This document shows positions 24,627 to 32,091 of a stretch of DNA of 39,969 bases, one piece after another; position 1 is the first letter of the stretch; every line of letters starts with the position of its first letter. This DNA comes from an uncultured bacterium (GTDB lineage: Bacteria; Armatimonadota; Zipacnadia; Zipacnadales; UBA5352): the NCBI GenBank assembly GCA_965603135.1, contig CBFDBV010000002.1:1-39969 (forward strand). The letters are read 5' to 3'. A model generated the notes under the pieces. That model made no database searches. It worked only from the letters and a program-made list of their open reading frames with translations, and was not told the origin of the DNA. Position numbers and translations under genes: made by a program.

Positions 24627-25931
24627 ATGAACGGAGAGTTTCTCGACGCACTTGAGCAACTCCAGCGTGAGAAAGACATACCGATAACCGCTCTGATAGA
24701 GACCGTCGAGGCGGCCATGGCCTCGGCGTATCGCAAGAAATACGGGGTCAATGAGGACATCCGCCTCGAGATAGACTACGAGGCCCGCACCGTCAAGATG
24801 TTCGCTCGGCGCATCGCGGATGTCGTTGAAGTCACCACTCATGTGTCCGAGGCCGCGGATGTTGAGCCAGCCGCCGAGCAGAGCGAGATCGCCATCGCCG
24901 GCAGTGTGACCTACGAGGAGCACGAGGTGGATCCCGCCGAGTTCGGCCGCATCGCCGCACAGACCGCCAAGCAGGTCGTGATGCAAAGAGTGCGCGAGGC
25001 GGAGCGCGAGATCGTTTACGACGAGTTCAGCCATCGCGTCGGCGAGCTGATAACGGGCGAGGTGCAGCGCAAGGACGCCCGCAGCGTCTTCGTCACCGTT
25101 GGCCGCACGGAGGCGCTCCTGCCCGCCCACGAGCAGATACCGGGCGAGACCTTCCGCTTCGGGGATCGCCTGAAACTCTATGTGTTGGATGTCCGCCGCA
25201 CCACCCGCAATCCGCAGATCGTTCTTTCACGGCGCCATCCCGGCCTGGTCGTCCGCCTTTTCGAGCAGGAGGTGCCTGAGGTCTACGACGGCGTCGTCGA
25301 GATCAAGTCGGTCGCCCGGGAGGCGGGCGCACGCTCGAAGGTCGCCGTGGAATCGCGCGACCCGCAGGTGGACGCGGTGGGCGCGTGCGTGGGGCACCGC
25401 GGATCCCGCGTGCAGGGCATCGTGGACGAGCTGAGAGGCGAGAAGATTGACATCGTGCGCTTCTCTGAAGAGCCCAACGAATACCTGAAGAGCGCGCTCT
25501 CGCCCGCCAAGGTCTCGCAGGTGGTTCTGAACGACGACGAGCGGTCTGCGGTCGTGGTCGCGCCCGACGATCAGTTGTCTCTCGCTATCGGCAGGCGCGG
25601 GCAGAACGTGCGGCTGGCCGCGCAACTGACGCAGTGGCGCATTGACATTCGCAGCGTGACCCAGTGGCAGACCCTCGCCGAAGAGCCCGCCAAGGCCGAG
25701 GAGGCTGAGCCTGAGGCCAAGCCCGCGCGCATCCGCGTCTACGAGCTGGCGCGCGAGATGGACGTGCCGAGCAGCGAACTCGTCGAGATAATGCAGGAGG
25801 AGGGCCTTGAGGTCACCAGCCACGCCAGCAGTATATCAGCGGAGGAGGCGAACGTCATCCGCGACCTGCTGCTGGGCGGCGAGGCGACGCTTGAGGACCT
25901 TGAGGCCGGCGCAATTACCATCGAACTGTAA
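24627..25931 (+). CDS. nusA: Transcription termination/antitermination factor NusA with a C-terminal IF2_N-like domain
   Basis: MNGEFLDALEQLQREKDIPI at the N-terminus, an S1 domain and KH domains (GACVGHRGSRVQ, AIGRRGQNVRLA). The C-terminus has IRVYELAREMDVPSSELVEIMQEEGLEVTSHASSISAEEANVIRDLL. Confidence 0.92.
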   Translation: MNGEFLDALEQLQREKDIPITALIETVEAAMASAYRKKYGVNEDIRLEIDYEARTVKMFARRIADVVEVTTHVSEAADVEPAAEQSEIAIAGSVTYEEHEVDPAEFGRIAAQTAKQVVMQRVREAEREIVYDEFSHRVGELITGEVQRKDARSVFVTVGRTEALLPAHEQIPGETFRFGDRLKLYVLDVRRTTRNPQIVLSRRHPGLVVRLFEQEVPEVYDGVVEIKSVAREAGARSKVAVESRDPQVDAVGACVGHRGSRVQGIVDELRGEKIDIVRFSEEPNEYLKSALSPAKVSQVVLNDDERSAVVVAPDDQLSLAIGRRGQNVRLAAQLTQWRIDIRSVTQWQTLAEEPAKAEEAEPEAKPARIRVYELAREMDVPSSELVEIMQEEGLEVTSHASSISAEEANVIRDLLLGGEATLEDLEAGAITIEL

Positions 25932-25934
25932 CCG

Positions 25935-26025
25935 AACGGCGGAGGTTCGAAGCCGGAAGCTGAGGACCACAGAGGTGGGAGGGTCGTTCGTCGTTCGTCG
26001 TTTCTCGCCTCTCGCCTCCGCCGTT
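25935..26025. repeat. Repeat-derived hairpin element in the nusA-infB spacer
   Basis: An 11-bp inverted repeat, AACGGCGGAGG 25935-45 and CCTCCGCCGTT 26015-25. The right arm is preceded by GTCGTTCGTCGTTCGTCGTTTCTCGCCTCTCGCC, the complement of the GGAGGCGAGAGGCGAGAAACGAC family. The element ends directly 5' of the infB RBS AAGGGG. Confidence 0.75.
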
Positions 26026-26039
26026 AAGGGGTGTTTCTC

Positions 26040-28079
26040 TTGGCAGGTCAGGTGCGCATCTTCCAACTCGCGCGCAAGCTGGGCCTGCGCAGTGAGGCGC
26101 TGTTGCAGGTCCTGGCCGAGCTGGGAGTGAGCGACGTTTCCGCCGCCTCAAGCATTGATATGGAGACCGCGAGCGCCGCCGCGGAACTGCTCGCCGAGCA
26201 GGCCTTGGGCGCGCGGCGCCAGCGCGAGGAGCGAGAAGCCGCTGAAGCTGAGGCAGCCAAGGCGGCCCAAGCAGAAAAGGCTGCCTCCGAGGAGGCTGAG
26301 CCGGTGGCCGTAGCCGCCGAGGCTGAGCCGGCGGCAGAGACCGCCGAGGCGGAGGAGGTAGAGGAGGAAGAACCCGAGGAGGATGTCTACGTCACTGCTC
26401 CTCCCTGGGCGTCCCCCGAGAGCCTGCGCACCCTCGAAGAGCAGCTTGCCGAGCTTGAAGTCGAGGTCGTCGAGCCGGAACAGGAGGTCCTCGCGCCGCT
26501 GCCTGAGGTCGCTCAGCGCGCCTCCGGGGAGCGCCCCGACAATGTTATTGACGTGCCGCCGGTAGTCGCTGTGCTCGGGCACGTTGACCACGGCAAGACC
26601 ACCCTCCTCGACGGCATTCGCGACACGGACGTAGTCGCCACTGAATCGGGCGGGATCACGCAGCACATCGGGGCATCCGAGATCCAGGTCGGTGAGCGGA
26701 GTATCGTTTTCCTCGACACCCCCGGCCACGCGGCTTTCACCGCTATGCGCGCGCGCGGCGGCCAGGTGGCCGACATCGTAGTGCTCATCATCGCCGCAGA
26801 TGACGGGGTCATGCCGCAGACCGTCGAGGCCATCGGCCACGCACGCGCCGCTGACGTGCCCATTGTCGTCGCCATCAACAAGGTGGATATGCCGGGGGCC
26901 AACCCCGACCAGGTGAAGCAGCAACTGCTCGAGCACGAGCTTGTCGCCGAGGAGTGGGGCGGCGATGCGGTAATCGTGCCCATCTCCGCCCTCAACCGGG
27001 AGAACATAGACGAGTTGCTCGAGATGATCCTGCTAGTCGCAGAAGTTCAGGAGCTGTGGGCCGATCCGGACGCGGAGTTCGCCGGCGTGGTGGTCGAGGC
27101 CGGGATGGACGAGAGCCGCGGCCCCGTCGCGACGATTCTGGTGCGCAACGGTCGCATAGCGGTCGGCGATGTCCTCGTGTGCGGGTCCGCTCAGGGCCGA
27201 GTGCGCCAGTTGAGCGACTGGCGCGGCAAGTCGCTCAAGGAGATGGGGCCGGGCCACCCGGTGGAGGTCGTCGGCCTCTCCGCCGTGCCGGAGGCCGGCG
27301 AGCTGATGGTCACGGCCGACAGCGTGAAGGATGCCCGCGGACTCACGACGGCGCGGCTGGAGGAGGAGCGACTCGCTGCGCTGGAGGGTAGCGCGCGCGC
27401 CAGCTTGCGCGACCTCTACCGCGAACTCGGCGAGCTGGCGGTCAAGGACCTCAACCTGGTGCTCAAGGCGGACGTATCCGGCTCCGTGCAGGCGCTGGAG
27501 CAGTCGCTCAAGCAGTTAGACGGTCAACTCGAAGAGGTCGAGATCAACATCGTTCACACCGGCGTCGGCGACGTCGCCGAGTCCGATGTGCTCCTCGCGG
27601 TGGCCTCGGAGGCTATCATCCTGGGCTTTCACGTGGGAGTATCATCCCCCGCCGCCCGCCTGGCCGAGGACGAGCACGTCGAGATACGCACCTACGACGT
27701 CATCTACGAGGCCCTCGAGGACATCCAGGCGGCGATGCTGGGCATGCTCGAACCCATCTACGAGGAGGTCTCCGTGGGCCGCGCGGAGGTGCGCCAGATC
27801 TTCAGGATCTCCCGCGTCGGCGTCATCGCTGGCTGCGCGATCACGAACGGTCGGGCCGAGCGCGGCGCGAAGATGATCGTGCGCCGCACCGGCGAGGTCG
27901 TCTTCGAGGGCATCCTCGAATCGCTGCGGCACTTTGACCGCGACGTCTCGACTCTGGAGGCGCCCAACGACTGCGGGATCGCCACCTCCGAGTTCCGCGG
28001 CTGGGAGGAAGGCGATGAGATCGAGATCATCGCCCAGGTTGAGGTCCCGCGCACGGTAAGCTTCGAGGCCACGACTTAG
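26040..28079 (+). CDS. infB: Translation initiation factor IF-2
   Basis: IF2_N domain VRIFQLARKLGLRSEALLQVLAELGV and G domain VVAVLGHVDHGKTTLLD, DTPGH, NKVD. I prefer the TTG 26040 start (AAGGGG 9 nt upstream). GTG 26031 and GTG 26052 are alternatives. Confidence 0.92.
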   Translation: MAGQVRIFQLARKLGLRSEALLQVLAELGVSDVSAASSIDMETASAAAELLAEQALGARRQREEREAAEAEAAKAAQAEKAASEEAEPVAVAAEAEPAAETAEAEEVEEEEPEEDVYVTAPPWASPESLRTLEEQLAELEVEVVEPEQEVLAPLPEVAQRASGERPDNVIDVPPVVAVLGHVDHGKTTLLDGIRDTDVVATESGGITQHIGASEIQVGERSIVFLDTPGHAAFTAMRARGGQVADIVVLIIAADDGVMPQTVEAIGHARAADVPIVVAINKVDMPGANPDQVKQQLLEHELVAEEWGGDAVIVPISALNRENIDELLEMILLVAEVQELWADPDAEFAGVVVEAGMDESRGPVATILVRNGRIAVGDVLVCGSAQGRVRQLSDWRGKSLKEMGPGHPVEVVGLSAVPEAGELMVTADSVKDARGLTTARLEEERLAALEGSARASLRDLYRELGELAVKDLNLVLKADVSGSVQALEQSLKQLDGQLEEVEINIVHTGVGDVAESDVLLAVASEAIILGFHVGVSSPAARLAEDEHVEIRTYDVIYEALEDIQAAMLGMLEPIYEEVSVGRAEVRQIFRISRVGVIAGCAITNGRAERGAKMIVRRTGEVVFEGILESLRHFDRDVSTLEAPNDCGIATSEFRGWEEGDEIEIIAQVEVPRTVSFEATT

Positions 28080-28085
28080 CCTTTG

Positions 28086-28149
28086 CCGGACCTCGGACCA
28101 GGAGCCCCGGATCGGCGTAACAGTCGGTTGTCGTTGGTCCGATGTCCGG
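28086..28149. repeat. 14-bp imperfect inverted repeat (13/14): CCGGACCTCGGACC and GGTCCGATGTCCGG
   Basis: Arms 28086-28099 and 28136-28149, separated by 36 nt, in the infB-DUF503 spacer. Confidence 0.6.
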
Positions 28150-28167
28150 CACCAAGGGGCGTCATCG

Positions 28168-28455
28168 GTGACCACCGTGGTCGGGCTGCTCAGCGTTGAT
28201 CTGCTGATCTCCGACGCCCTCACCCTCAAGGACCGCCGGCGCGTCGTCAAGAGTCTGCTGGACCGACTGGCGAACCGGCACAATGTCTCCGTGGCTGACC
28301 TGGGCCCGGACAACGCTCCGCACCACGCCAGCCTCGCGGTTGCCTGCGTCGCCAACGAGACCAGCCACATGCACACTGTCCTTAACGCGGCGCTGCGCCT
28401 CATTGAGAGCGAGCCGCGCGTCGTCGTCGAGCGCTGCAGTATCACTGTCCTGTAG
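28168..28455 (+). CDS. DUF503 (YlxP-like) protein
   Basis: 95 aa with LTLKDRRRVVKSLLDRL...NVSVADLG. Its position between infB and rbfA is conserved. GTG start with AAGGGG 8 nt upstream. Confidence 0.75.
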   Translation: MTTVVGLLSVDLLISDALTLKDRRRVVKSLLDRLANRHNVSVADLGPDNAPHHASLAVACVANETSHMHTVLNAALRLIESEPRVVVERCSITVL

Positions 28456-28549
28456 GCATCCCGCTGAGAATGCGCAGCATTCTCTTAAGAGAAATCTCCG
28501 ATTGCTCCGCGCATCGCAAGTGACGCCGCTGTGCAAGGGTGCGATCACG

Positions 28550-28972
28550 ATGAGCACCGACCGGATGGAGAGCGTCGGCCGCGAGATACAGAAGGAGATC
28601 GGTAAGATCCTCCGCACCGAGGTGGATGACCCGCTCATCGGCTTCGTCACCATCACCGGCGTTGAGGTCTCCGCCGACCTCAAGCACGCGCAGGTCTTCT
28701 TCAGCGCCTACGGGGAGCCGGATGCGAAGGAGAAGGCGTTGAAGGGCCTGAAGCGCGCCTGCAAGTTCATCCGCCACGAGCTTGCCGAGCGCCTGCAGAT
28801 GCGCTACGTGCCGAAGCTGCGCTTCGAGATAGACGAGACGCCCGAGAGGGCGCAGCGCATCGAGCAGATACTCAGGGCCGAGGCCGACGCACGCGCACCA
28901 TCGCGTAGGGCGGGCCTCCAGCCCGCCGAGCGCGAGGCGATGGAGGAGCCAAGTGACATCTCGCAGCAGTGA
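28550..28972 (+). CDS. rbfA: Ribosome-binding factor A, with a repeat-derived C-terminal extension
   Basis: MSTDRMESVGREIQKEIGKILRTEVDDPLIGFVTITGVEVSADLKHAQVFF. The tail contains the REP hairpin at 28909-28927. Confidence 0.88.
   Translation: MSTDRMESVGREIQKEIGKILRTEVDDPLIGFVTITGVEVSADLKHAQVFFSAYGEPDAKEKALKGLKRACKFIRHELAERLQMRYVPKLRFEIDETPERAQRIEQILRAEADARAPSRRAGLQPAEREAMEEPSDISQQ
28909..28927. repeat. REP-like hairpin GGCGGGC-CTCCA-GCCCGCC inside the rbfA 3' coding region
   Basis: The context cgtagggcgggcctccagcccgcc resembles 16208-16225 (gtagggcgggcttccaagc) and the 8874/8924 hairpins. Confidence 0.7.
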
Positions 28973-29939
28973 CGCCGCCGCCATCGCCCGCGCCATCGAG
29001 GCGGCCCACCTCATCCACCTCGCCTCCCACGAGAACCCCGACGGCGACGCCGTGGGCAGCCTGCTGGGCCTGCGCCTGATCCTGCAAGGGCTGGGCAAGA
29101 CCGTCCACGTCGCCCTGCCCCACCCGGTGCCCGCGCGCTACGCGTTTCTCGACGGAGCCGAGGCCGTCCGCTCAGATCTCCCCTCGCAGAGACCCGACCT
29201 CGCCATTGCACTCGACTGCGACGGACCCGAGCGGCTGGCGCACCTGCGCGAAGCCCTCGAGGCCGCGCCGCTGCTGGCCGACGTGGACCATCACCCTGGT
29301 CAGGATGCCTTCGGCGACTTGCGGTACGTTGATCTATCCGCGCCGGCGACCGCTGCGCAGGTGTTTGCCATCGCTGGAGAGTTGGGGGCCCTCCTCACCC
29401 CCGCGGCGGCCACCTCCCTGTATTGCGGCCTCATCACCGACACCGGCGGCTTCCGCTTCGCCAACACCTCCCCGACGGCCCTGCGCCTGGGCGCGGCGCT
29501 TGTTGAGGCAGGCGCGGATGCCGAGGACATCGCACGACGCATCTTCACGCAGCGCCCGCTGCCGGCCGCGCTGTTGGAGGGCCGTGCCCTCTGCTCGCTT
29601 CGGCGGGCGCTTGATGGGGGCGTGCTCATCGCCTCCCTGGGCCTGCCGGACTTTGAGGCCTCCCAGGCCCGCCCTGAGGACACCGAGGGCATCATCGATT
29701 CCTTCCGCCACGTCAACGGGGCTCAGGTTGCCGTGCTGCTCAAGGAGAGCGAGCCAGGGACCTGGCAGGTCAGCCTCCGCGCGCGCGAGGCCGATGTCCG
29801 CGCGGTTGCTGTGCGCTTCGGCGGCGGGGGCCACGAGCTCGCGGCCGGCTGCACCATCGAGGGTGACCTGGCGGAGGTGGAGGGCCGCATCGTGGAGGCC
29901 ATCGCCGCGATCCTCCGGGAGGCTGAAGCGAGTGCCTGA
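28953..29939 (+). CDS. nrnA: DHH/DHHA1 phosphoesterase (NrnA-like oligoribonuclease / pAp phosphatase)
   Basis: SHENPDGDAVGS, ALDCD, DVDHHPG, ITDTGGFRF and FGGGGHELAAG motifs. Confidence 0.8.
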   Translation: MTSRSSDAAAIARAIEAAHLIHLASHENPDGDAVGSLLGLRLILQGLGKTVHVALPHPVPARYAFLDGAEAVRSDLPSQRPDLAIALDCDGPERLAHLREALEAAPLLADVDHHPGQDAFGDLRYVDLSAPATAAQVFAIAGELGALLTPAAATSLYCGLITDTGGFRFANTSPTALRLGAALVEAGADAEDIARRIFTQRPLPAALLEGRALCSLRRALDGGVLIASLGLPDFEASQARPEDTEGIIDSFRHVNGAQVAVLLKESEPGTWQVSLRAREADVRAVAVRFGGGGHELAAGCTIEGDLAEVEGRIVEAIAAILREAEASA

Positions 29940-30981
29940 GGGACTGCTCAACGTGCTCAAGCCCCCGGGCATCACCTCCCACGACCTGGTAGACCAGGTG
30001 CGCCGCATTGCCCGCACGCGCAAGGTCGGTCACACGGGTACGCTTGATCCGGCAGCCGCCGGCGTGATGATCCTGATGCTCGGCGCGGCGACGCGCCTGA
30101 GCGAGTTCCTGACCGCCGAGCGCAAGATCTACCGCGCCGAGATCACCCTCGGCGTCGCCACCGACACCCTCGACGGCGAGGGCGTCATCGTCGGCGAGCC
30201 CGACGAGGCAGGAGCCCAACAAGTCACCGCGAGCCGCCTTCGCGATCTCTTCCACGAGCTGACCGGCGAGCTGGAGCTCGCCCCGCCTATGCACTCGGCT
30301 GTACGTCATCGCGGGCGGCGGCTGTACGAGCTGGCACGCGAGGGCAAGGAGGCCGAGGTCGCGCCTCGGCGCATCCACGTCCACCGCTTCGAGCTGCTCG
30401 ACCTCCAGCCCGGCCAGGCCCAACAGTCTTCCCCAGCCGAGGGCTTGCCCTCGGCCGCGACGCCGGAGCACAAGCGCTCCGCTGGCGCGATCGGGTTCCG
30501 GCCTCCTCGCGCGCTGGCAGAGATAGAGTGCTCCAAGGGCACATACGTGCGCAGCCTGGCGGCGGAGGTCGGCAGGCTCCTGGGCTGCGGGGCACACCTG
30601 TCATTTCTCGTGCGCACCGCGGTCGGCCGACACACGGTCGCGGAGTCACTCACCGTGCAGGAGTTGGACGCCGCCGTAGCCGGCGCGACGCTCAACGAGT
30701 TCCTCATCCCCCTCTCGGAGGCGCTCGACGGCATACCGAGCATCACCGTGACCGCTCAGGGTGCCGCTGGACTCATTCAAGGCGTGCGCTGGCCGGTTGG
30801 CGACGTGGGCGATGATGCGGACCTGGTCTCCGTCCTCGCGCCGGATGGCCGCCTCGTGTGCGTGGCCGAGGTCCAGCGCTCGGCAGAGGGGGCGCAGCTC
30901 CAGCCCCGTCGCGTCTTTCCCGCGGCGGCGCCAGGCGCGTCACAGGCGGAGGTGCACCGTGAAGCGCGTCTTCGGCCTTGA
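29932..30981 (+). CDS. truB: tRNA pseudouridine(55) synthase TruB, carrying a ~25-aa low-complexity insertion
   Basis: GLLNVLKPPGITSHDLV, GHTGTLDPAAAGV and CSKGTYVRSLA. GTG 29932 overlaps the nrnA stop. The upstream part of track ORF 29206.. is out-of-frame overlap with nrnA. Confidence 0.9.
   Translation: MPEGLLNVLKPPGITSHDLVDQVRRIARTRKVGHTGTLDPAAAGVMILMLGAATRLSEFLTAERKIYRAEITLGVATDTLDGEGVIVGEPDEAGAQQVTASRLRDLFHELTGELELAPPMHSAVRHRGRRLYELAREGKEAEVAPRRIHVHRFELLDLQPGQAQQSSPAEGLPSAATPEHKRSAGAIGFRPPRALAEIECSKGTYVRSLAAEVGRLLGCGAHLSFLVRTAVGRHTVAESLTVQELDAAVAGATLNEFLIPLSEALDGIPSITVTAQGAAGLIQGVRWPVGDVGDDADLVSVLAPDGRLVCVAEVQRSAEGAQLQPRRVFPAAAPGASQAEVHREARLRP
30432..30455. repeat. Palindromic element CCCAGCCGAGGGCTTGCCCTCGGC inside the truB coding sequence
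   Basis: It is the reverse complement of 38088-38111 (GCCGAGGGCAAGCCCTCGGCTGGG) with no mismatch. Its internal palindrome 30436-30455 differs from its own reverse complement only at the two central bases (TT versus AA). It encodes ...SPAEGLPSA... in frame. Confidence 0.8.
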
Positions 30982-31942
30982 CACGGACCAGGTCGGCGCC
31001 GCGCCGCACGTGGTCGCCGTCGGCGCGTTCGATGGCGTGCACCTGGGCCACGTGCACACGCTTCGTGAGGTATGCCAGCAGGCCCGCAAGCGCGGGGTCG
31101 CATCCGCCGCCCTCACCTTCGACCCCAGCCCGCGCGAGTTAGACGCCGGCATCCGTCAGCCCGGCCAGCGCCTGACCCCCTTGCACGAGCAACTCCATCT
31201 GCTCGAGCACCTCGGCCTGGATCTCGCGCTTGTGCTCGAGTTCCCCGGGACCGTCCAGCAGATGCCGCCCGAGACCTTCGCCCGCGAGGTCCTGGTCGGC
31301 GCCCTGAACGCGGTGTGCGTGTGCGCCAGCGAGACGCACCGCTTCGGCGCAGGGGGGCGCGGTGACGTGCGCGGGCTGCAACGGCTTGCCCGCGATCTTG
31401 GCTTCGAGGTGATCGTCGCCGAGCCGTTCACGGTGAACGCCCGCCGCGTCAGCAGCACCTGGGTGCGCGAGCTGCTCGCCCAGGGGCAGGTCCACGAGGC
31501 GGCCGCTCTGCTGGGCCGTCCCTACGCGATCTTCGCCGAGGTAGTGAGTGGCCGCGGGGCAGGCGCCTCGCTCGGCTTCCCTACCGCGAACCTGCGCATT
31601 CCGCCGGAGAAGACCATTCCGCGCGATGGCGTCTACGCGGGCATCGCCGCGAGGGTCACCGCCGATTGCGAGCCCCTCGAGGAGGTCCGGCCCGCCGCCA
31701 TCAACGTCGGCTCCGCGCCCACCTTCGGCAGAGAGGATCACCTCGTGGAGGCGCACATCGTCGGCCAGCAGGACGACCTCGGCGGAGCGCATCTGAAGAT
31801 CGAGCTTCTGCGCTGGCTGCGGCGGGTCCAGCGCTTCGCAGACGAAGATGCCCTGGCCCGGCAGATCGCCGAGGACGTCAACCGCTCGCGTGAAGCCGCC
31901 CAGGCCTCTGAGAGCGCGGCTCACGGCGACGCCGAGGCCTGA
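30959..31942 (+). CDS. ribF: Bifunctional riboflavin kinase / FAD synthetase
   Basis: VVAVGAFDGVHLGHV, and the kinase part GRGAGASLGFPTANL...VEAHI. GTG 30959 has GGAGGTG upstream. Confidence 0.88.
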   Translation: MKRVFGLDTDQVGAAPHVVAVGAFDGVHLGHVHTLREVCQQARKRGVASAALTFDPSPRELDAGIRQPGQRLTPLHEQLHLLEHLGLDLALVLEFPGTVQQMPPETFAREVLVGALNAVCVCASETHRFGAGGRGDVRGLQRLARDLGFEVIVAEPFTVNARRVSSTWVRELLAQGQVHEAAALLGRPYAIFAEVVSGRGAGASLGFPTANLRIPPEKTIPRDGVYAGIAARVTADCEPLEEVRPAAINVGSAPTFGREDHLVEAHIVGQQDDLGGAHLKIELLRWLRRVQRFADEDALARQIAEDVNRSREAAQASESAAHGDAEA

Positions 31943-31963
31943 CGCGGGCCGACGTTGGCGCGG

Positions 31964-31992
31964 TTGACAAAGGCCCTGCGTTGGCATATACT
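31964..31992 (+). promoter_or_regulatory. Near-consensus sigma-70 promoter TTGACA-17 nt-TATACT for the ffh operon
   Basis: TTGACA 31964-69 and TATACT 31987-92. Confidence 0.55.
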
Positions 31993-31998
31993 TGCTTT

Positions 31999-32068
31999 GA
32001 GGCGGGAGGCGAGAGTCGGGAGGCGACCTCACATTCTTCCCCGCTTCCCGCATCTCGCCTCTCGCCTC
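31999..32068 (+). promoter_or_regulatory. Repeat-derived 16-bp leader hairpin (one G-U pair, 38-nt loop) starting at the predicted +1 of ffh and ending just 5' of its RBS
   Basis: GAGGCGGGAGGCGAGA 31999-32014 pairs with TCTCGCCTCTCGCCTC 32053-32068. I checked it base by base. Confidence 0.6.
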
Positions 32069-32091
32069 TGAAAGGACGGGGGTACGCGCAC

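Noticed and set aside
29206-29931. Upstream 242 codons of the 591-aa ORF 29206..30981
   Set aside because: This part is out-of-frame read-through across nrnA with Pro/Arg/Ser/Ala-rich composition. TruB homology starts at GTG 29932.
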